DNA of 64,000 nt, taken from positions 35,960,001 through 36,024,000 of the forward strand of contig OZ024745.1 in assembly GCA_964016885.1 (NCBI GenBank), in the 5' to 3' direction. The position numbers and the translations under genes were made by a program. Positions 53,445 to 64,000 of this stretch are shown here, one piece after another. Position 1 is the stretch's first letter; every line of letters begins with the position of its first letter. The notes under the pieces are model-generated. The model did no database searches and was not told the DNA's origin. It saw nothing but the letters and a program-made list of their open reading frames with translations. The DNA comes from Eledone cirrhosa (lineage: Eukaryota).

Positions 53445-55879
53445 ATATATATATATATATATTGACCATTTATTTTTATAGTATATACTATAAAAATAAA
53501 TACGATGCATGTATAAGACTTTAAGTATCTTCTTTCAAGGTTACAATTTGAGACTGATTGCATACACAAGCATACTTATTTTTGTTTTCGGAGACAAATA
53601 AAAATATTAAAGCCTTCACTAAACATTACAAGTCTGCCAATGAGTATTTATTAATTTGCAGGTGTGATATGATTTGGACCAAAGGAATAAATATTTACTA
53701 TTGACACTAATTGTAGTTCTAATGCGTTTTCAGCTCGAACAAACCGGTTTTTTGTAAGCGGTGTATTTCTAGGACCAAGTTATCAAATATACCCCTTAAG
53801 GTGAGTTCTTATTTGTAAGGAATTTCACTGCCAACGTTGACTACATATAAAGAAGTTATCGCATCGAAAAGCAACAAAACAGAATAGCATTTATATATCG
53901 AGTGTATAGACCAAGTGAATTCAAAATTCTAGATCTCACTATTGCAACATTCATAATAGTTATAATAAAAGCAGAAGCTGTAAGAATAATACATCAGGAA
54001 TCTTTTATATAATTTTAAAACACACTAGGGAGAGATGAATAATGTAATATTTGTAAATAATTACAAAATCTGCATTACTGAACAGCTTCACAGGAAAGAA
54101 TATGCCTCAAACGAGTTAGTTATAATGAAAACATATTTCAATGAATATACTGAAAAATAGATGATATGTATTCGCAGCAAATAGGGAAATAAAATAAAGT
54201 TTTCAAATTGGTAATTTTCTTCCTTCGTTCAGTTTATCTTAAATTTCTTTAGCAATTTAGAGAATGAAGAATTACTCATGTAGACCAATAATAAGAGCCA
54301 ATCGAAACAAAAGTGTTCATTTGTATCATAGGCATATCATCGCAAATATATGGTGCAATTAATATCGTCGAGGACTTCACTGCTTTCTCTTTTACCTAAA
54401 CCAGAATAGAATAAAAATGGCATGATACAAATCCAGAATCTCAAGGCACATTTCTAGAGAAACACGACCGGCTTGTTTCTTTTTATCAATCATTCTACCT
54501 CGAGCCATTCGATGCCTGAATAAATATGCTTGGCATTGACGGAAAGGGAAACAATATGGACGTAGCCCGATTAAATCGACGCCAGTTCTTTATAGGTTGG
54601 TTATCAAATACACAACTCGAGAAGGGTGAATGGAAGTCTTGTCTTCTGTGTGATTTAAATTCAGAATGTAATGCACCAGACACTTTGCTGAAGATGGTTG
54701 TGCACAAGGCTCTATCGATTTTGCCAACAACCACCCTTGATTGTAAAACAGACACAATATTCGACTTCTTTCTTGTCTGTGTGTGGGGTGGAGGTGTTAT
54801 CATTCATTACTCCAGTACTGGACTGTTACTATGTTTAAGTGACATCGGGATTATGGAAAACAATGTTTTCCTCGGAGGGTTTTCATCTTATAACAGAGCT
54901 GGTAAAAATAACACAAAGCTTTCTTCCCGAGTCTTTAAAGACTTTGCCAATCGGCTGACCATGTTCATTCTTTAATAATAATGTACAATATTGGAACAAT
55001 CCATACCTCCTCATAAATATCAGATCGATGTGAATAATGCCCAGTTAGTTTGTATTTCGACGGGAGAATGATGAATGGCAACGTTGACATCTCTATTTGT
55101 ATTAGAACTTGCAATGTACGGAGATTTAAAATATTTCAGTGTGACCTTCCCGGTGCTCTACCAAGTTTTAAAGCCACTATACATTGAGAATGTCAAGAGG
55201 TTAGTCATTTTATAACAAATAAAATAAATGGCTGCCAAAATAATTAGAGAGCAATACACTAATGCTTTTGAAGTCCTGTTTGCATGCATATTATATTAAA
55301 ACTAAATGGAAGATCAATACAAAAGCAAAGGGTAATGAAGTTAAACGTGATAAAACGATAAGTGTTCAGATTCAAAATTACAGTGAAAAATTATATCTCG
55401 TTAAATATCAAGTTTAATTTCCTTCCGACGTCGGACAAAATTATAGTTAATGGAACAAATATGAATCTTATAATAATTCTTAAAATATCATGAAATACCA
55501 TTAGATATTTTATTAAGCTTCAATGTCGATTACCAAATGTATTCATGTACGATAGATTTTGTTTGAAGCTCTTATTTAAACATAATAAATAAAGCAAATT
55601 TAGAAATTCCCTAGATTATCGCAAAGAAAACAATCGTTTCTTGTTTGTTAGTAAATTAGGTTCCGTCGTGTAGAATAAAACCTAATCAAAGAAATATTCT
55701 GAATAAAATACCGCACATAACCAAATATTAAAATATAGTACTTCAAAGATGAACAAAACCAAAGAGAATTTGTTTAACGATCAGAAATGTATCCACGAAC
55801 TGGTAACGGTGTTATTGAGGCTAATGATAGTGGTGGTGATGATGTTGTTGGAGATGAGGGTAACGATGAAGTAGGTAAA

Positions 55880-55897
55880 GCAACATCAACAACATCA

Positions 55898-55958
<61 letters not shown>

Positions 55959-56320
55959 ATGCTGCTGCTACTACTACAACTACTACTACTACTAATGCTA
56001 CTGCTGCTAGTACTACCACTACTACCAATGATGCACCAGCTGCTACTACTACTACTACAACTACTACTACTACTAATTGTTTCTACTTTAGGCACAAGGC
56101 CAGCAATTACCCAGTGCATTACTGGTACTTTATTTTATCGACCCCGTAAGGATGAAAGGCAAAGTCAACCTCGGCGGGATTTGAACTCAGATCGTAAAGG
56201 GACGTAACTATGCTGGAAAGCATGGCGTCCGACCCTCTACCGATACTGCCAATCCACCGCCCTACTACTACTACTACTAATAATAATAATAATGCTGCTG
56301 CTGCTGCTGCTGCAACAACA

Positions 56321-56377
<57 letters not shown>

Positions 56378-56420
56378 GCTGCTGCTGCTGTTGTTGTTGC
56401 TGCTGCTGCTACTAATAATA
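55880..56420. repeat. (TAC)n/(TGC)n trinucleotide region hosting SINEs
   Basis: Seen directly. Confidence 0.9.
56079..56262 (-). mobile_element. Young full-length SINE in (TAC)n
   Basis: About three differences from the 52081 copy; flanked by the TSD-like CTACTACTACTACTAAT on both sides. Confidence 0.95.
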
Positions 56421-56421
56421 A

Positions 56422-56612
56422 TGTTTCTACTTTTGGCACAAGGGCAGCAATTACACCAGTGCATTATGCACTAGTGCTATATTTTATCGACCCCGTAAGG
56501 ATGAAAGGCAAAGTTAATCTGGCGGGATTTTAACTCAGCACGTAAAGGGCTTTAACTCTATACTGCAAACCATGATATCTGACGCTCTACCGATACTGCC
56601 AAACCACCGCCC
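56422..56612 (-). mobile_element. Older SINE copy
   Basis: Full-length diverged match to the SINE consensus. Confidence 0.88.
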
Positions 56613-56936
56613 TAATAAAATAATAACAATAGCATTCATTTCGTACTGGCTAGAAAGAAAGGAAACCTCCAAGGAAAACGTATGAAGATACAGTAAAATA
56701 AGAAAATATAAATGCACAAGCATTGAATATTGTAATAACAAGAAATTGAAAAAAAACGTAATGTAGAATTAGTTGATTAATTAATGTTAATTTGAAATCA
56801 ATAGATATTTACGTTGGGAACATTGAAAGCCGCGGAAGAAATGAAGAGCGAATCGCTTCTCCCCGAAGATCCTTCACATAAACAACAGTAATTTTACGAT
56901 ATTTTGCATGTTATGGGTTATATATATATATATATA

Positions 56937-57087
56937 AGAAAAGGTATGACCCCGATGGCAGAACTCAAGCCATCGAAACGGCTTGAGTTCTGCCGTCGCG
57001 GTCAGAGCTTTTCCTATTACCCACTCTACTAGTATTAAATACTCTGGTGCGTTATGGTCCATCTGGTTCCTTACCACAATTCCTTCG

Positions 57088-57088
<1 letters not shown>
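56937..57088 (+). mobile_element. Short (TA)n-flanked fold-back insert with right extension
   Basis: Hairpin at 56947-57004; right arm and extension are homologous to 62346-62472. Confidence 0.8.
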
Positions 57089-57134
<46 letters not shown>

Positions 57135-57143
57135 TATATATAT

Positions 57144-57971
57144 AAAGAATTAGTATATCTACCAACATATATATATATATACAGATGCATACCCATGCTA
57201 GCAAATGTCCTGGAATTTAGTCCTCACTTGCTTTTTTCCATCCACTGAATTATTTTTGTATAAGTTCCATGTGTCCACGCACTGCCTGGGAACTTAGCTG
57301 AGAATAGACTTCCTGACGACGAAAGGACTTTCTCCATGTGTTCCATTCGGAAACCATGTTTATTCCCTTTCAGAAACTAATTAGTTGGAGTGAAATTTTA
57401 GTAAGTTAATTTTTATAATTTTCTTATTTTACGTCTTTCATATAACTGTTCTGCATCCCCTTGCAATGAACCACAAAGTTACTAAGTCAAAACCTATATA
57501 TTTGCTAGCATAGGTGTGCATCTGTATATATATGTTGGTAGATATACTAATTCTTTATAATTATCTCCAAATTATTTTGTTGAGCAAAAATTTGCCAAAA
57601 CTACTACCTATGGTTCATAGTAATAGTCAGGCTACTGTCTTATTAACACTCCACTCATCACTGATTAACCTCGATGTCACGTGATTGATTCTTTTGAATT
57701 TGCCACCGACCAAGTAGGCAGTGATTTTTTCAATGTCCTGGAATTTAGTCCTCGCTTGCTTTTTTCCATCCACTGAATTATTTTAGTATAAGTTCCCTGT
57801 GCCCACGCACTGCCTGGGAACTTAGCTGAGAATACACTTCCTGACGACGAAATGACTTTCTCCATGTGCTCCATTCGGAAACCATGTTTATTCCCATTCA
57901 GAATCTAATTAGATGGAGTGAAATTTTAGTAAGTAAGTTAATTTTTATAATTTTCTTATTTTACGTCTTTC

Positions 57972-57972
<1 letters not shown>
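57144..57972 (+). mobile_element. Retrozyme/PLE-like insert: 1.45 tandem units of ~528 bp plus short inverted arm, in (TA)n
   Basis: 57207-57444 is repeated at 57735-57975, and 57144-57206 is the reverse complement of 57499-57557. Each unit has a CTGACGA..stem..GAAA hammerhead-like core (57313, 57841) with a poor stem I. Confidence 0.75.
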
Positions 57973-58003
<31 letters not shown>

Positions 58004-58482
58004 TGCCCCCTCGTTATAGAGTATGGCCATTGCACGATATACCATTATTAATAATTATTTATTAATTCTATCGTGCTATGCCTCTGCGTGAAGATATTTT
58101 TTAAAGTGAGGAAATACAGTACACTGAGCCAATCCCACTCTCTGAGCGACAGTAGCTAAAACCCCAAAAGAAGAAAAGGTCAACATCATCTGTAATTACT
58201 GAGCCGCAGGTTTTTGATCGGAGTTATCCCAGCTTCCTGAGTTGCCTTCTCCTAGAAGAATGCCCTGACAAAGGCTAGGGGGTCTTTCACTTGAGAAACA
58301 ATGGTGCGTGAAAAGTACCTGCTGAGACAGTAATGGTTTGGAAGTTATGACATGGACAGATTTTATGGTTAAACTGAAATCCGACTGTTTTTATTATCCA
58401 TTAACGTTTTCCGGATTTATCTGCGTCACTATGTAACCGCATGGCGCCACGTTCGGTATTTGACATTCCCCTCTCATTCTAT

Positions 58483-58572
<90 letters not shown>

Positions 58573-58575
<3 letters not shown>

Positions 58576-58926
58576 AAAAAAAGATGAAATCGAAAATGCA
58601 ACTGGAGTCTTATTTTTTTTTAAATATATATATTTATTTGGTTCCTTTACCGGTTTCGCAGTTCTTCTGCTTTTCAAATGTAGAGTTGAGATGGAGGGTC
58701 TGTGGTTTTTTCTCACATCAGATGTGAGAAAAACCACAGACCCTCCATCTCAACTCTACATTTGAAAAGCAGAAGAACTGCGAAACCGGTAAAGGAATCA
58801 AATAAATATATATATTTTAAACAAAATAAGACTCCAGTTGCATTTTCGATTTTATCTTTTTTCCTTATACTTTCTCTCGTGTAGGACACCTCGGTTATTT
58901 TTCATTTTGTAAAGAAACCTCACTTT

Positions 58927-58928
<2 letters not shown>
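58573..58928. repeat. (TA)n-flanked ~295-bp palindrome with right extension
   Basis: Centre CACATC-A-GATGTG at 58720. The right arm contains a hammerhead-like 3' half, GAAA-CCGG-TA. Extension 58870-58928. Confidence 0.93.
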
Positions 58929-59023
<95 letters not shown>

Positions 59024-59041
59024 CACATATACACACACACA

Positions 59042-59617
59042 GACACCTTCTGCTACCTAGGTGACCGAATTAACAGCGCAGGTGGCTGTTCGGAAAGTAC
59101 AATAATTAGGGTAAGAACGGGATGGAAGAAGTTCAGGGAACTACTAACACTGCTAGCCGCAACTCAAAATGATAGGCAGACTGTATGATGAGTGTATACG
59201 AACAGCAATGTTACATCGTAGAGAGACCTGGGCGCTGTCCGTGGAAGACTTGCGTAGATTAGAAAGAAACGAAGCCTGCATGCTCCGATGGATGTGTAAT
59301 AGTAATATACGCGAACGGCAAAGCATAAACGAATTGAGAGAGAGACTGAGCATAAGAGGAATCAAATGCTGTGTGTAGGAGAGGCGGTTGCATTGGCATG
59401 GACATGTGATGCGTATGAAGGATAACAGTTGCATAAAAATGTGCAGAGCACTAGCAGTCGATGGAAACCGCGGAGTGGGGGAGACCCAAGCCAGAATCCG
59501 TTCCCATATGAGCAAGGCATGGTCAGCCGACCGGACACTGCCCACAAAAGGACAACCCGTCTAACCCATGCTAGCGTGGAAGAACGGACGTAATACGGTG
59601 ATGATGATGATGATGAT
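59042..59617 (+). mobile_element. RTE LINE 3' end with (GAT)n tail
   Basis: FCYLGD..SAGGC....RVRTGWKKFREL, GRLYDECIRTAML..ETWA....RRLERNEACMLRWMC and RRLHWHGHVMRM, ending in TGATGATGATGATGA. Confidence 0.9.
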
Positions 59618-59623
59618 ATATAT

Positions 59624-60014
<391 letters not shown>

Positions 60015-60499
60015 GATATATATAGAGAGAGAGAGAGGGGGGGGATAGAATGAGAGGGGAATGTAAAATACCGAACGTGGCGCCATGCGGTTACATAGTG
60101 ACGCAGATAAATCCGGAAAACCTTAATGGATAATAAAAACAGTTGGATTTCAGTTTAACCATAAAATCGTTCCATGTCATAACTTCCAAGCCATTACTGT
60201 CTCAGCAGGTACTTTTCACGCACCATTGTTTCTCAAGTGAAAGAAGGATGGCTTCCTTCCAAGCCAAGCAATATCAACTTGCTCAGTTGGGATATTTGAC
60301 CAATTGATAGCACCAAGGGACCGTCCTGCCAACCGCCGCTTCACCGAGCGACTTTCGCAAGCAGCATTTAACAGCTGAAGCAGATCGTGATCAGTTGACA
60401 GCTCAAGCCCTGTCTTATCACGAACGTCAAGCTCAGAACTGAAACAATCAGAAATAGTAACATAATCAATTATTTATCTCCGTCCTCCGTTGCCATCAT

Positions 60500-61003
60500 A
60501 CTCTGTGTATTTATGGATACCTTTGTGCTGTTCCATCCAATCATTTCTTTCCATTTCAGGTTATCAGGGCCAATATGTGCATTGAAGTCTCCCATTAGGA
60601 TATATGTCCCAGTCCCAACTACATCTAATCCTGAAGTGATTTCCTCAAGAAAGGATCTTTATTTAGACTCTCTCTTTGGTACATAAATTTGGACCAGTCA
60701 CCGTGACCTTTTTCTAGGGCTAAGCGTCAAGAAGCGAACCCTCTCTCATAATGGGATCCAGTTCATAACACATTCTGTCAGTAGAATAGTGTTTTTAAAT
60801 CCTCCATCCAAATCTACTGTACCAAAGTAAAGGAAATTTCTTGAGGAAATTCCGACTATATCTAGCCGGTAGCATCCGGCCTCCTTCAGTAATTCCAGCA
60901 CTTCAGCTGTAAGAGTTCCAGCGTTCCGATTAGCAACTGTCAACGGTTGCTCCCTTTCAGACCCACTTTGATGTTTCGGGATACATACCATTTGTGCGTC
61001 CAC
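60500..61003 (-). mobile_element. RTE-type LINE APE endonuclease remnant
   Basis: LTVANRNAGTL...ELLKEA..YRLDIVGISS....GTVDLDGG, and downstream LMGDFNAHIG. Confidence 0.75.
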
Positions 61004-62330
61004 CCCACTCCTCCCAGGACAGGCCGCAAAACCCTAGCCAGTTCTTATTGAAAAATATTTTCCGAACAGATTCACTCCCTAAGCCCTAATGGCATATCTT
61101 GTTATCCTGCGCGAAACCTGACGCTACATGAATCCTTTTATAGTTTCTCGCCATATTGTAAATTTCTGGTGGTCTTATTCGTGCGACAGTCACTAATTTG
61201 GTACTTTCGCCAGATACGCATAGACTAAGCATTTGTAGAAGCGGCCTTTACTCGACCAGCTGTAGCTACATCACTGGTTTGTGAGATATTTATTGGGAGC
61301 TATTAGTGTCAACCGTCGTAGTCTTTTACATCGCTATTTGGTAAGGGCTACTAATTCGTCAGGCTGTATCCCGATTATATCCCAAATAACCATTATACAT
61401 TATAGACTCATCGCTCTCCACTACAAGATTCTCGTTCACTTGAGATTACATCAGGTTTACATAAAATGACTAACATAAGAGATTACATCAAGTTTGTTTC
61501 TCTATATTTTGAACTACCACAATATAGCTTCCTGTGGATGTTCGGTCTGAGAAATATTTCCCTCTAATGTAATCCCCAGCATATGATAAGTAAAATTAAA
61601 GTCAGACTTTAAGTAAAAAAAAGGCAATCATATTGAGATATATACTTTTGTAAGACCAATAGTTATACAGACAGAGAATACACGAAACAAATCTCCAATT
61701 TCTGAAGACACAGACGTATACACGCAAATGCGATAGCTGACGCTTTATTGATTGAAATCTTTAAAGTTTTAATGTTTCTTTAAGAAACATAACTTAAACT
61801 TATATCAACATATTGCAGCAAAACAGCAAAAATATATCAAAGATTTAACATTTTTACTGATATGCAATCCACCTACTTCAACTTTCTAATTTTGTTTGTT
61901 CTCTTGGATTTTCATGATTTTATGTTTCTCAACGATAACCGTTCAAATATAAATAATTGCTTACTTTTGAGACTTCTACAATTGAGAAATTGCATTTTCA
62001 AAGGAAACTATCAATGGATTTCAACCACTTTTTCGTTTGTATGGCTATTATGTTACTTATTCATTTTAGGGGAAGAATTTAAACCATTTCCTTCTTACAG
62101 CAATAGTTGAAAAGAGATGTTTGAAACGGGTCAACGCAGTTTATACAACGTTCCATTTTGTGGTACACAGATATTTGCTTAGAAAGTCACAAATATGGAT
62201 TACTTCTTGTTTTGTTAGCTACATCCGCACCCACCCACACCCACACACATATATATGAAAATACATATACATACATAATTTATATATAAATGTATATATA
62301 TATATATATATATTTGTGTATGTATATATA

Positions 62331-62620
<290 letters not shown>

Positions 62621-63029
62621 TTCAAAACAATTTGTACACGAAGTTTCCTGAACAATACAGGAAGATAGAGATCGGAGAGAGAAGACAGATTTTGCCGATA
62701 CATGTAATAGCCAAATTAGTGTTTATATACTGAATATCTAATATTTATTTGTATACAGAAATCTATGTGCTTAGTGGAATTGTAGCCAATGGCATATTGT
62801 ATTAAGATAAACAAGGAAGCATGAATTGTTGACCCCGCCAGCGAATTCTGTGTAATTCTGCAGGAAATTATTGAGAAAATGTTTTCTTTGATTGGATAAA
62901 AACATTATTTGTTAGCAACACATAGCTTCAACAGACAACTCACCAACATATGTATGCGTAGACAAACACAGATTTATACATATATTGTATACATATTGCA
63001 TACATAGGTATATTATATATACATAGGTA

Positions 63030-63072
<43 letters not shown>

Positions 63073-63103
63073 ATATATATATATATGTATATATATGTGT
63101 ATA

Positions 63104-63143
<40 letters not shown>

Positions 63144-63955
63144 TGTGCGTTTATGTTTATAGAGAGATAGACAAATAGATATAAACAGATAGATATATGT
63201 ATAGGTATATTAATATACATGCAATTACTGCAGCTATATTTGCGTAATCAATGTTGTATATATATATATATATATATATATACACAATAATACATTCAAT
63301 GATACGCTCACACATGCACACGCACGCACACGCATGCACACACAGGCACACGCACGCACACACTAAAATAGGCATATATATGTTTGTGTTTTTGTGTGCC
63401 TACTTGTGTGCATATATTTCTTTAAATGTATGTAACCATGCGTTTTCTTTTCAATGGAGCTAGGTTTGAGTGTTTCTTGTATATAATCCTAATTGAACAT
63501 CAATTATCTATAACCGGAGGTAATTTTATAATCCTTGTGCATTTATACTTAGATTGATTAATATGGCAATTTGCCTCTTCAACAGCTTGATTCTTTAGCA
63601 TATGAATGTGTATACATGGTTATGTAGTGAACTGTGTGTGATTCTATATATATGTATATCTTTTATATTTATTTATGTACGTATGCGTGTATGAATGTGC
63701 AGACATACGGTCGTATGTACATGTCTAAGCGTATGTGTGTAGTCAGGTATTTTATTGCGAGTGTTTGTATATACAAAATATATAAAGTACACTCGCAAAT
63801 ATTGTCTTATTTGCAAAACATATATGTACAAAATATATAACATAGCTTATTTACCCCAGCACCGATTGAACAAACCTCATTGGTAATGGATAATCATCGT
63901 GGAATACTACATTTTGACGTTCTCACATGGGTACTGATGCAGCTGTAACATCACC

Positions 63956-63987
<32 letters not shown>

Positions 63988-64000
63988 CTCTCTCACTATA

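Overview
AT-rich eukaryotic genomic DNA, dense in microsatellites and almost entirely transposon-derived. The SINE and RTE families resemble those of octopod cephalopods (inferred from recalled consensus motifs, not searched). I can support no host protein-coding gene; most ORFs in the track are microsatellite translations. Recognisable elements are a decayed hAT-Charlie transposon, a Chapaev3-type transposon, non-autonomous Helitrons, mariner/pogo-like MITEs, about 10 copies of a tRNA-derived Meta-domain SINE, RTE and Dong/R4 LINE fragments, and Penelope-like elements (PLEs), including Naiad-type GIY-YIG fragments. The most striking structure is a recurring insertion architecture inside (TA)n tracts. 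About ten sequence-unrelated inserts consist of two head-to-head arms whose 3' ends both point out into (TA)n. One arm stops at an internal TA-rich motif and the other runs about 45-100 nt further. Many carry hammerhead ribozyme motifs, often with palindromic loop III. A second class of inverted duplications is centred on (TA)n, and two of these bracket the inserts. All alignments and folds were done by eye, so coordinates may be off by a few bases.
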